DNA of 64,000 nucleotides. Origin: Hypanus sabinus (lineage: Eukaryota). The stretch lies in the NCBI RefSeq assembly GCF_030144855.1, contig NC_082717.1, positions 13,144,001 to 13,208,000 on the forward strand, read 5' to 3'. The notes beneath the pieces are model-generated. The model had not been told where the DNA came from. It searched no databases and saw only the letters and a program-made list of their open reading frames with translations. The stretch's first letter is position 1, and each line of letters opens with the position of its first letter. Positions 24,971 to 36,155 of this stretch are shown one piece after another. Position numbers and translations under genes: made by a program.

Positions 24971-25835
24971 ATGAGGGAATATACTGGAGACTGTACAGGG
25001 AAATGAGCCTGGCCAGGGAACTGAGGTTTCAGTGGGGGAGCACGTTGGAAACAGTGATCACAACCTTCTAAAAGTTTGCAATAGTTTGGATTGGTGAGGG
25101 GAAGTATTGTATTACAGGAGTGCTAATTACAACATTTTAGGCAAGAAATGGGCAGAGTGAATTGGGAAGAATTGTTATTGGGGAAGTCCACATGTGGGAT
25201 GTGGGAGTCATTTAAAAGCCAGCTGACATGGGTTCAGGACAGGAGGAAGAACAAGGATGGTCGGGTAAAGCAACAGGTGATGAGAAAGGTAGTGAATTTG
25301 GTCAAAATGGCAGAGTACACCAGTAAGGTTTAGGAAAGTCCTTGCAGGAATGTAAAGAAAATAAAGTAGGAGGTCCAGAAGGGGAAAACCACAAGGAAGG
25401 GATTAAAAGGGAGGGCAAAAAGGAGCATGAAATGAGAAGCCCAAGGCATTTTTACGTTCATTAAAAACAAGAGGGAGGAACATTCAAGGATAAAGGAGGG
25501 AGTTTATGCTTGGAGAGTAAGAATGTCGGTGAAATATCAAACGAGTTATTTGCACTAAGGAGAAGGATGTGGAATACAGTGAGATCAGGCATTTTGAGAT
25601 CAAGAATGAGATGTTGTTGTGACTCTTGAGGATCACTAAGGGGGTTGCAGTGATAATATTGGAATATAAAGTTGCATTGTTTGCTGTGTAACCAAAACTA
25701 TGTAGTCAGCTTTGTATTTGCTATTTGCTATGGATGTATCCAATTTAGTAGGAGAATGAAATCTCTGTATTGTCTCTATGCTATTGAACACATCAATGCC
25801 TTGAGAATGTAGCTAACTTATACTTACTATGTATC

Positions 25836-26276
25836 CGTATCGGTGTGCTACACGCAGCGTTGAAATAACGACACGGAGTCGGTAAACTGCAGTTAAAAAA
25901 GATATTATTCGAACTGCGGCCTCGCTTTAAAGCCTCCCTGATCCCGCCCTCCCCGGGCGCGGATGCTGTAGGGGACGCGTATTCACAGTCCCGTCCCGGG
26001 CGAGGATGCTGTAGGGGGCGCGTATTCACAGTCCCGTCCCGGGCGAGGATGCTGTAGGGGGCACGTATTCACAGTCCCGTCCCGGGCGAGGATGCTGTAG
26101 GGGGCACGTATTCACAGTCCCGTCCCGGGCGAGGATGCTGTAGGGGGCACGTATTCACAGTCCCGCGCGGGCTTTTCCCCTTGTTGGTGAAGCAGACTTG
26201 ACGCCCTTTTGGGACTGTGCCGGCGCGCTGGCTATTTGTGAGCCGGTTCGAGTGCGCTAGCAAGTGGGTCGCCACA
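25836..26276 (-). mobile_element. Solo LTR with 4-bp TSD (TATC) containing a 43-bp VNTR
   Basis: Minus strand TGTGGCG...CCGATACG. TATC at 25832-25835 and 26277-26280. Termini homologous to LTR 11352-11566. Confidence 0.85.
25953..26165. repeat. 43-bp tandem repeat, ~5 copies
   Basis: attcac anchors at 25981, 26024, 26067, 26110 and 26153 (period 43). Confidence 0.95.
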
Positions 26277-27000
26277 TATCCAATTTATCAGCCAGAATGA
26301 AATCTCTGTATCGTCTCTGTACTATTGAACACATCAGTAACTTAAGAATGCAGCCAAATAAGAAGATAATGGTGTGTTAATGAGAGGCTAGCTAAGAGAT
26401 AACTGTGGCCAGGGGGTGAGGTAACATGTGGCCCAAAAAGTAGATTAGAACATGATTAAGTTAATGGGTAGAAACAATAGTGGGAAGTCGGGAGCTGATG
26501 TACTTGTGATACGCAACGGTAGACCGATTGGATATGCTAATGCAACTAAACCAGGAGATTGCTATAAAAAATCCTATGTACAAGGATGGTGGTGGGGGGG
26601 GGGGGGGCAATCAGCGACTAGCTCAATGACTGTCTCAGCTTTGATTTGCAAATTAAAGGTTAACCCTTCTTGAAGAATCTTCTGCATCTCCTGGTCGTTT
26701 GTGGGGCACGAAAAACCACAACAATAACAATGCCATAAGATGCTGATGTAATCTCTGCTTACTTAAAATATGTCATGAGATGTAACTGAGGAAGAATTAT
26801 TTTGGTCTGTGTTTTTATTCTTTCACTTAGATTGTTTGCTGTTTCCTTGGATAATGTGGTGTCATGATATTTTGGTAATCTTGTGAATTTTTCTATACCG
26901 CTTTTTCCAGCTGTGCGACAGTTAATCATGTCACCTTGCTGGCGTGGATGAGCTTGAAGACCTGGAATTGACCTGGAGTTTCACTTCGCTGGGTGAGCAC

Positions 27001-27497
27001 TATTATCGCGTGAATGAAATCACGGGAGAGAGAGTTACTGGTTGATACAAAGCAGCTTCTTTAATCGACCACACGAGGTTCAGCAAGCACCTCACGGACA
27101 GAGACGCTTTCGGTGGAAAGGTCTGCTAGCCTAATGTGGGCTCGATATTTATTTGCTAAACACAAAGGACAATTCATATTTACAAGTATAGACAATGCTT
27201 TCTTTTGAAGCTTTCACACCTTTTGATTAAATCCGCTCCACTGGCGCCAGCAGCATTCGGGATGGTATTGTTCCAAACTGAATCCACAATACATTTATTT
27301 GGTATTTTACATGCTTAACATAAAGGACTATTTATATTTACAAAGTACAGATAAGTCTGTCTTTGAAACTACCCCCGGGCACCAGCAGCGTATTCCAGTA
27401 TTCACAGCTGTTAGGAAGTGCATCGTGAAACAGAAGACTAGTGGCCGAAACCCATTTGCTAAGTGTGAATGACCTAAGCCCAAAACTCACTCTAACA
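27001..27497 (-). mobile_element. Solo LTR with 5-bp TSD (AGCAC)
   Basis: T(A)TTAT...CTAACA termini. AGCAC at 26996-27000 and 27498-27502. Internal duplicated segment. Confidence 0.7.
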
Positions 27498-28499
27498 AGC
27501 ACGTCTCAGCGGCTCTGAAACAGAATTCCTCTGGAAACCTGGGTCCTTGTCCCACACGTTTGCTCTGCCGCTCTCACCGATCGTCACGCAAAGCGATTTT
27601 CAGTGAGGTTCTGCTTCTCCGATGTATAACTTTAAAATAGTTAACACATTGCTAAATCTATCTTTTTTTTGTGGAAACTAGAATGTGCAGTTTGCCTAGA
27701 ATCACGGATATATTAATTAATCATAAAAGTTAAACAAGAGCAGTTTGAAACTGATATAAATTTGAAAGAATTGCTAGCTGTCGAAAAGCAAAAATGCATT
27801 ATTATTTGGCACAGTTATTCTTCGCAATTTCGTTCTGTAGAAATTTTATTTTCCAGCTGCTGAATGAGATGTTGCAGAGTGAGGAAATCATTAAAGGATG
27901 GTGGGAGCAGACACTTGAAACTCTGTGGGACTCAGCCTAACTCAGTGCCGATGGATGAGTGTGTATATATATTTGGGATTATCTGTGCAGCTGACACCTC
28001 TGCCTGGGCTGACCCCTAAAGATTTGACTTGTTCTATGGTTGTATTGATCCTTATAAAATGATTGGCATTTCTGGGTGAATCTTCAGGATAACAATTTAG
28101 TTTCTGGAGCTGAATCTCATCCAGTACAGTCAACGTCTGTGTAGTGCCCTATCCATTTTGCCTATGGATGCAAGAGTTCAGTATTTTTGACAAGTTCCTT
28201 GGTGCTGTAACCCTTTGATTTGAGTGTAAAAATTGTATGTTCAGCCCCGGTTTTGCTAGTAATCTCAACTATTAATAAATATAACTGAAGTTTCAATAGA
28301 TAGTGGCTTTGGTGGGGAAAGGCACAGGTGGATAGATTGCTTTCTTTCTTGTTGCACAGCTAGACTAGTAAGAATGTTAGGCAGGATGGTGAAATGCTCC
28401 TCTTGGAGGATGTGGGAAGTCAGGGAGACCTCCAATGTCCCTGATGACTACATCAGCAAAAATGCATCCACACTCACACTGTACCAGAGACTGACAGGT

Positions 28500-29268
28500 A
28501 CAGAATGAGCCCCATGCTCTCACACTACAGCAATAATCTATCAACCCCCACCTTGAACATACATAAAGACTTGGCTTCCACAGCTGCCTGTGGCAATGTA
28601 TTCGACAAGCTCACCACTCTCCGGCCAAACTATTCCTCATCTCTGTTCTAGATATAACTAAATAGAATTCTGAGACTGTGTCCTCTGGTCCTTGACTCCC
28701 CCTCCCCATAGGAAACATCCCTACCACATCCACTCTATCTTAGCCCTTCCAGATCGGATAGGATTTAATGAGATTTTTCCCCACTTAATTCTTCTAAATT
28801 CTAATCAGTGAAGGCCCAGAGTCAATAATCACTCCTCATACCTTAAGTCTTTCAATCCTGGAATAATTTTTGTCAACCTCCAATGTCAAACAATCCTTTC
28901 TAAAATAAGGGTCCCAAAGTTGCTCACAACACTCAAATTAGGCCTCACCAGTGCCTTATAAAGCCTCGATATTCATCTTTGCTTTTATATTCTAGTTCTC
29001 GCAAATTGAATGCTAACATTGCATTTGTCTTCTTCACCACTGACTCAACAGGCAAATTAACCTTTAGGGAATCCTGAACAAGAGTTCCCAACTCCCTTTG
29101 TACCTCCGATTGTTGAATTTTCTCCCCATTTATAAAATAGTCTATACTTTTATTCCTTCTCCCAAAATGCTTGGCCATACACTTCCTGTCACCGTATTCC
29201 ATCTACCACTTCTTTGCTCATTCTCCTAATCTGTCTAAGCTCTTCTGTAGCTTCCCTGCTGCCTCAAG
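28500..29268 (-). mobile_element. CR1 LINE 3' fragment
   Basis: ORF 28945-29202 (HFGRRNK..QRELG..NAMLAF). Confidence 0.7.
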
Positions 29269-29271
29269 AAT

Positions 29272-29406
29272 CCTGATGAAGGGTTTAGGTTTCGGCCCGA
29301 AACGTCGGCTACCTCCCATGGAACACACACAAAATGCTGGTGTTGTTTGAATTTCCAGCATCTGCAGATTTCCTCGTGTTACTTCCCATGGATACTGCCT
29401 GGCCTC
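29272..29406 (+). mobile_element. Hammerhead-bearing Penelope-type mini-element, internally rearranged
   Basis: CTGATGA-AGGG...CCC-GAAAC-GTC with an inverted acacacaaaatgctgg piece. Confidence 0.65.
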
Positions 29407-29544
29407 CTTAGAAATTCCAACATTTATGGTCGACCAGAGTTATGGTCGAAATGACAATAAAAGTGGCTTGACTTGAACATTTGGTGTGTGCTACTGGACA
29501 GTGAAAGCTGCTTCTGGTGGAGCGGGCAATTGTGATTTGTTCCC

Positions 29545-29724
29545 CCTGATAGCCAATCAAATGATTAATCGGTATAAATCTGAATGGCGATTCGTTTCCA
29601 CAAGAAACCAATAGAAATGGTCAAGTTCCCCATCCCTTATTAGCATACCGATGTGACTGCTGTTATTTAATCCGCAGTCCGAGCGGGTTTTTCTTCTCTC
29701 AGTGTTTAAAACCCGACTGAAGAA
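29545..29724 (+). promoter_or_regulatory. H2B promoter (CCAAT boxes, octamer, TATA-like)
   Basis: CCAAT at ~29553 and ~29608, ATTAGCAT octamer at ~29639, TATTTAA at ~29664, all upstream of ATG 29725. Confidence 0.7.
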
Positions 29725-29855
29725 ATGCCCGAGGCGCAGAAATCCGCTCCCAAGAAGGGCGCCAAGAAAGCTTTGCCCAAACCATCGGGCAAGTCCGGCA
29801 AGAAACGCAGGAGGGTGAGGAAGGAGAGTTACTCCATCTACATCTACAAAGTGAT
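29725..29855 (+). pseudogene. H2B: Histone H2B 5' half, disrupted by ERV LTR
   Basis: 131 bp identical to 39634-39764 (MPEAQK...YIYKV). Switches abruptly to the LTR TGTCAGAAAC at 29856. Confidence 0.95.
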
Positions 29856-30284
29856 TGTCAGAAACACACTGAGTCTCAGCAATTTGCAGAACGGTAAACT
29901 TTATTTTTCGAGTCTGCAGAGTCGGACCCAACCAGCTCCTGCTAGATTGAGTGCCGAATTACACTTTGCACAGTTTTTTCATACCCTAGTTGTTTACGAC
30001 TTTGTGAGTTGCACCCATGTGAGGTACAGACATTCTTCCTTAATCTCATTACAAATTACAAATGTGACTACCCTTTGGCCCACTTATCAGCCTCAGCGCA
30101 TTAACACCGTTATTGTTCAATCGTTAAGCATGTCTTCCCGTTACCTGTATCGCTTCTTTAATCAGCAAGCTATTGTTTCATCCTGATTTTGCAAATTGGT
30201 TTATACGTTGCCCTGCAAGTTGCTTTGCACGTTCTTTCTGTGTCAGCACATTCTAAATGGACTCCTTAAGAATCATTTCTCTCA
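29856..30284 (-). repeat. ERV 3' LTR (LTR1, 429 bp)
   Basis: Minus strand TGAGAG...CTGACA, preceded by the PPT. AATAAA (rc TTTATT ~29900). The TATA reads TATGAAA here. Confidence 0.95.
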
Positions 30285-30303
30285 ATCCACCCTTTTTCTT
30301 TTT
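30285..30303 (-). promoter_or_regulatory. Polypurine tract
   Basis: AAAAAGAAAAAGGGTGGAT immediately 5' of the LTR on the minus strand. Confidence 0.9.
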
Positions 30304-30314
30304 AGAATGTGCTA

Positions 30315-30859
30315 TCAGTTGGGCTTTTGCCACGGGTTTACATAGGCTTCTTCCTCTAGCTCTATTTCCCTTTGTAGGAGTACCTGAACAGGATCAGCCG
30401 GGGCCCCTGGTTGCATGACTTGTCTTGCCACCCGAGCTACTAGCTCCCGCAAGCAGGGGATCAGACATGGTAGCAGAAGGAGAACCATCAATCCCCCTCC
30501 TATAACCCCTAAAGCGGTTCGCCACCAGCCTCCTGTCAACCATCGGTCCAGCCAGTCCCAATACCCCAGTGGCTTCCAGGTCTGTACGGGCACGTGGGCC
30601 AGTTTCCTTATTTTATCTGATATTTTTTGAACCACCTTTCCGTTGTCATCTATCTTTAAGCAGCAGTTGGTTAGATTAAACTTTCCACATACTCCTCCTT
30701 TTTGTTGTAGTCATAACATTTCTCGTTTACATGCGAGTGTGATACAAAGGACCCTGGAAAAACCGTCATGCCCACCCTTACCGTCGTCCTGCACTTATCA
30801 CATCCCCCTTCAGCGCTTCTCAACAATAGCAGTATATACATTACAGTCCCAAAGTTCAT
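30315..30859 (-). pseudogene. env: env, internally deleted (signal peptide/N-term SU fused out of frame to TM C-terminal half)
   Basis: MNFGTVMYILLLLRSAEG signal from 30859. After a junction at ~30698: [13 protein letters not shown] (CX6CC), [10 protein letters not shown], and a TM helix to the stop at 30315. HERV-I/ERV3-type TM. Confidence 0.88.
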
Positions 30860-31295
30860 TCTGTCCGTCTTTTGAGCTTTAGCACCATCGGGTCTTCTCC
30901 CTGGACGCAAGTCCATTCTGCACCTTCTTCGGGCTTTACGGGTCCCTTGATTCTCGCGGCGTGGGTCCACCCTTTTTCTTTTGTCCTTACTGCGGCTTCG
31001 GTGGTCAGTAGCACCTGGAATGGGCCTTCCCACTGCGGCTGTAACTTCTCTGGCTTCCAAGTCTTAATCAGGACCCAGTCACCGGGCTGAGTTCGGTGGA
31101 GTGCGAAGTCCAGAGGTGGGGTTTGTGCGAGTAACCCCTTCCTGCGCAATTCTGCAAAAGAACGAGACAGTGCCTGTAAATAGTCCCTTACAAAGACATC
31201 TCCCCCTTGCAGGGAAGGATAGCCCTCCACCTTGTTCCAATATGGAAGGCCAAACAACATTTCATAAGGGGATACTCCTATATCTTTTCGAGGAG
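30856..31295 (-). pseudogene. pol: Integrase C-terminal remnant
   Basis: TAPRKDIGVSPYEMLFG...QPGDWVLIK...WEGPFQVLLTT...GWTHAARIK. HHCC and DDE core absent. Confidence 0.9.
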
Positions 31296-33181
31296 CCGTC
31301 GAAATATAGTTCCTCGCCTTCAATTAGGGGAACTTCTTGTAGATCTTCCCTACTTTTTGTCTGAAGGTCTGTTAGCTCCACGCAGTTATGCTCGGTTTCC
31401 TCCCCTGTTGATTCCCCGTATAAGAACTGTGCCGGGTTACAACTATTGTTCTTTTCAAAGCTTAAATCATCCCCGACCATCAGAATGGTTTCGTATTTCA
31501 GTATGCGAGAGTCCGTCAACCACCGCTGAGCTTTTTGGGCTAAGAGGGTGCTAACGGAGTGCGGGGTATACACCGTCATTCTTCCCCCAAAGGTTAATTT
31601 CCGTGCTTCTTCTACTAGTACGGCTGCTGCCGCTACGGCTTGTATGCACGTCGGCCATCCCCGGGATACCGGGTCTAACATTTTTGATAAAAAGGCCACA
31701 GGTTGCCGCTTTCCTCCTTTTTCTTGGGTTAGTACTCCTAACGCAGTTCCTTCATTGTTTGTTGCATACAGCTGAAAGGGCTTTTCCAGTGCTGGCAGTG
31801 TTAATACCGGGGCCCGAATTAGTTGCCCTTTTATTTTCCTGAACTTCTGTTCTTCTTCTTCGGTCCAGCTGATTATTCCCCGGTCTTCCTTTGCCAATTT
31901 GTCGTACATAAACTTCACCAGGGGGGTATAATTCTCTATCCAAATCCGGCAATAGCCCACTAAGCCCAGAAATTGTCTTATTTCCTTCTTTGTCCTGGGA
32001 AGCGGTATTTTAGTTATTCCCGCTATTCTTTCTGGGGTTATTTGGCGGTGCCCTTTACTGACTCTGTGTCCGAGATATGTTATTTCCTTCTCGACAAATT
32101 GCAGTTTCTTCTTGGACACCCGCAATCCTTTTTCTCCTAGGTAATTCAGGAGTCTTATAGTATCGTCTCGCACTACCTCCTCTGCTGGTCCCGATAGTAG
32201 TAGGTCATCGACATACTGTAATAGTTGGTTCTTTTCGGTACAATGGAATCCAGCCAATACTTGCTCCAGTACCTGTTCGAATAGGTTTGGGGACTCCGTG
32301 AACCCTTGGGGCAAGACGGTCCACCGGAGTTGCTTCTTCCGCCCAGTGAAGGGATTTTCCCATTCAAATGCGAACATATCTCGGCTACCTTCCTCCAACG
32401 GGCAACTCCAAAAAGCATCTTTTAGATCTATCACACTGAACCATTCATGTTCAGGAGGTATTTTGCTCATTAATGTATAGGGGTTAGGCACTACCGGGTA
32501 TCGTGTTTGGACTACCGCATTTAAGCCTCTCAGATCTTGAACCATTCGATACGTGCCGTCGGGCTTTCGGACCGGTAGGATGGGGGTATTAAAGGGTGAC
32601 ATACGTTCTTCCAGGAGTCCATCTGATACTAATGTCTCAATTACAGGTTGTAATCCCCTCCTCCCTTCCATGGCAATGGGATATTGCCGTCTTCTCACCG
32701 GGCGGCTGTTTGGCAACAGGGTGATTTTCAGTGGGGTGATGTCCAGGCCGCCCCGATTACCTTCTTGATACCAGACACTGGCCTTTATTTCCTGATCATC
32801 CTTTTCAGTCATTACGAACAGTTTCACCTGAATTTCACCTTGATATGGCACTGTCCCGATCCCTAGCAGTGCCTGCAAATCTCTTCCCAATAAGTTGAAT
32901 CCGGCTGACGGAAGTAATAACACATCCTGGATACCTTCCCGGTCGTCGCATTTTATCTGTACATCTTCTATTATTGGGACCTGCATAGTTTTTCCTCCTA
33001 TTCCGGAAACCCCAATGGTTTTGGTCCCAATCTTGGTTCCCGGAGGGGCTTGGATTATACTAGTTCTTTCAGCTCCTGAGTCGACCATAAAGGTTACTTC
33101 TGACCCTTGAGGACCTAATTTTAAATTTACCAGGGGTTCCTGCTTGTATCTCGTCCCCAAGGGTTGGGACCCCTGACACCC
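31262..33181 (-). CDS. pol: pro-pol: protease, reverse transcriptase, connection domain, truncated at the start of RNase H (uninterrupted frame, in frame with gag)
   Basis: VDSGA protease, LLGRDL, DLKDAF, LPQGF, YVDD, ends ELYFDGSSKR. No internal stops in 632 aa. Confidence 0.93.
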   Translation of the reverse strand, partial: GCQGSQPLGTRYKQEPLVNLKLGPQGSEVTFMVDSGAERTSIIQAPPGTKIGTKTIGVSGIGGKTMQVPIIEDVQIKCDDREGIQDVLLLPSAGFNLLGRDLQALLGIGTVPYQGEIQVKLFVMTEKDDQEIKASVWYQEGNRGGLDITPLKITLLPNSRPVRRRQYPIAMEGRRGLQPVIETLVSDGLLEERMSPFNTPILPVRKPDGTYRMVQDLRGLNAVVQTRYPVVPNPYTLMSKIPPEHEWFSVIDLKDAFWSCPLEEGSRDMFAFEWENPFTGRKKQLRWTVLPQGFTESPNLFEQVLEQVLAGFHCTEKNQLLQYVDDLLLSGPAEEVVRDDTIRLLNYLGEKGLRVSKKKLQFVEKEITYLGHRVSKGHRQITPERIAGITKIPLPRTKKEIRQFLGLVGYCRIWIENYTPLVKFMYDKLAKEDRGIISWTEEEEQKFRKIKGQLIRAPVLTLPALEKPFQLYATNNEGTALGVLTQEKGGKRQPVAFLSKMLDPVSRGWPTCIQAVAAAAVLVEEARKLTFGGRMTVYTPHSVSTLLAQKAQRWLTDSRILKYETILMVGDDLSFEKNNSCNPAQFLYGESTGEETEHNCVELTDLQTKSREDLQEVPLIEGEELYFDGSSKRYRSIPL

Positions 33182-33778
33182 CTATTCTTCTTCCATGAGG
33201 GCATAAGCTCGGACTTCTTTTCGATATCTTGGGCACTTCCTCTTAAAGTGGCCTTCCTCATTGCAGTAAAAACATCGTGCCGCCCTCCTCATCCTCCTTC
33301 CCTCTCCGGGTCTATTTCTTCTGTTTTTTTTACTTTCTTCATGTCCTCCCTCTGCTCCCGCAAGGGGCGCAGAAGGCTGGACATAGGGAGGGGGTAAATG
33401 ATCGAGTGGGTCCCACTTCCGCTCCCCTTTAATGCCCAACTTAAAACTCTTTGTTGTTACTCCTGGCCAGGGAGCCCAACAAAAAGCATAAGCAATTTCT
33501 TCCGGTTTTACATTTGGTTTTGAATTAACGTAAATGTTTAAGGCTTGTCGTACCCAATCCTCCTCAGACCCAAGCCGCGGCCACCAGACCGCAGGTTTTT
33601 CTATCGGCTGTTTCGACCAAATTAAACAGTACTGTATCATTTTTTTCTTTTGTTTCCCTTTTAGTCTTCCACATCCCCAATTCTCAAACATTCTACCGAG
33701 GGGGCTATCAGGAGGAACCCCCGGGTATGGTCCCGGTCTTTCCGTTTCCTCTTTCTTTTTAGAGCCACCCCCTCCCAT
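33182..33778 (-). CDS. gag: Shortened gag (198 aa): MA, late domains, NC; no capsid
   Basis: MGGGGSK myristoylation signal, PPDSPLG, WP..GS, PPPY+PSAP, CX2CX4HX4C (CFYCNEEGHFKRKC), TAG stop in frame with pro-pol. Confidence 0.9.
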   Translation of the reverse strand: MGGGGSKKKEETERPGPYPGVPPDSPLGRMFENWGCGRLKGKQKKKMIQYCLIWSKQPIEKPAVWWPRLGSEEDWVRQALNIYVNSKPNVKPEEIAYAFCWAPWPGVTTKSFKLGIKGERKWDPLDHLPPPYVQPSAPLAGAEGGHEESKKNRRNRPGEGRRMRRAARCFYCNEEGHFKRKCPRYRKEVRAYALMEEE

Positions 33779-34128
33779 CTTATTCCGCTCTTACTTAATC
33801 CCGCACCCTTCTACTGCAACAGTAGGCACTTTACCCGGTGCGTCCCAAGGACTTTTATCAGGAGGACCCCCGGGTAGCGATCCCGGTCTTCTCCGTCCTT
33901 ACTTATTCCCGCACCCTTCTACTGCAACAGTAGGCACTTACCCGGTGCGTCCTGGGGACTTCCAGTACCAGGTACTGTCCCCTTCTCCCCGTTTACCGCT
34001 CTGCGCTGTCCGGATATCACTCGCTCAAGCCGCGTTGGAGCGACGGGCAAGGAGTCAGGGACCGCCAAACTCGGCGGGGTGCACCGTCTCCGATGTCCTT
34101 CCTCGTGTCCACCGCGGCAGGAGTGTGG

Positions 34129-34146
34129 ATCCCGGACGAGCCCCCA
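34129..34146 (-). promoter_or_regulatory. Primer binding site, tRNA-Pro
   Basis: Minus strand TGGGGGCTCGTCCGGGAT, the canonical 18-nt tRNA-Pro PBS, 3 nt from the LTR end. Confidence 0.95.
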
Positions 34147-34149
34147 CGT

Positions 34150-34537
34150 TGTCAGAAACACACTGAGTCTCAGCAATTTGCAGAACGGTAAACTTTATTT
34201 TTCGAGTCTGCAGAGTCGGACCCAACCAGCTCCTGCTAGATTGAGTGCCGAATTACACTTTGCACAGTTTTTTATACCCTACATTCTTCTTTAATCTCAT
34301 TACAAAATTACAAATGTGATTACCCCTTTGGCCCACTTATCAGCCTCAGCGCATTAACACCGTTATTGTTCAATCGTTAAGCATGTCTTCCCGTTACCTG
34401 TATCGCTTCTTTAATCAGCAAGCTATTGTTTCATCCTGATTTTGCAAATTGGTTTATACGTTGCCCTGCAAGTTGCTTTGCACGTTCTTTCTGTGTCAGC
34501 ACATTCTAAATGGACTCCTTAAGAATCATTTCTCTCA
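34150..34537 (-). repeat. ERV 5'-position LTR (LTR2, 388 bp), also preceded by a PPT
   Basis: Same termini as LTR1 but lacks the 42-bp segment 29988-30029. Intact TATAAAA. PPT remnant at 34538-34551. Confidence 0.95.
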
Positions 34538-34550
34538 ATCCACCCTTTTT

Positions 34551-35230
<680 letters not shown>

Positions 35231-35259
35231 AGCGACAGATTCTGACCCAGTGACCCAAA

Positions 35260-35275
35260 GGCTCTTTTAAGAGCC
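35260..35275 (+). terminator. Histone 3' stem-loop
   Basis: GGCTCTTTTAAGAGCC downstream of the H2A stop. Confidence 0.95.
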
Positions 35276-36155
35276 GCTCACAGTGTCTGTGAAATGGCTG
35301 TTGTGCGGTTACCGTGAGCGCGGTGTTTAAGATTGCACACTTCATCCCCAGCAGTATGCTCGGTTGAGGTGATGGACAATGCGGAGAGAGGCAGGGAGGG
35401 GAGGAAATGATCAGTTACTGACATAGCAGAGAGTGACCTCACATTTTCCAGCGCCATTTTCCAATTGCTTAGCCACAACAGAACTGCAGTGTTCCAGATA
35501 AACCTGATCCCATATTGAAGGTCGCTCAGAAATAGTACCACCTAATGCCCTGAATAACCAGATTTCTGCTCAATTCGACGAAAATTAAACGACAATAACC
35601 TAAAGAAAGAACAAATGCGATGACCAGAATTCTGAAATTCGAGTGAAACACAGGTCAGGCAGCAAACAAGCGTCGTATGTGACAAGAACATTTAACTCCT
35701 AGATGAGTTTAATGCCTCTTATGCTCACTTTGACCCTCAAAACACGTCCAGATGACTGGGTGATGTGAACAATGAAAAGGCCATTCAATGTTCATCAGTC
35801 AATATAATTTCTGACAAACCCAGTGAACTGTACTCCTTGCTCAGAGTCAATGTGACACAGCAATCCCCATCGAGGAATAGCGTCCTTGATCTCAGTTCTT
35901 GCCGTGTGTGGCAGTAGCTTTCCTTGCTGGAACATCTTCCATCCACTTTAAAACGTGTCCACTATTACAGCACGTCTAAGTATACCTGAAATTCCCTGTG
36001 AAAATGGATCAGGTGGGGCATGAGCACTTAATTATCATAGCTTTTCTGTTCCAGGATTTTATTTTTGGCATTACATTCCTTGTGGCAGCAGCCTATTACC
36101 TGCCACCTTATCCTTCTTCCCATCTTCCTAACAGATATCCCTCTGTTCCCTACAC

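Larger units (their letters stand above)
25644..26723 (+). mobile_element. Probable solo LTR (outer), interrupted by a nested LTR
   Basis: ~96-bp internal duplication split by the nested LTR. TATAAAA ~26563, ATTAAA ~26652, ends ...CCACAACA. 5' boundary uncertain. Confidence 0.45.

Noticed and set aside
25953-26165. 43-bp repeats as a CRISPR array
   Set aside because: Units are contiguous with no unique spacers, lie inside an LTR in eukaryotic DNA, and no cas genes are present.
29725-30186. 153-aa H2B-fusion ORF as a novel histone variant
   Set aside because: Only 43 codons are H2B. The rest is antisense LTR read-through with no histone fold.
34129-34146. tRNA-Pro gene
   Set aside because: Only the 18-nt 3'-end match (PBS). 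No cloverleaf.
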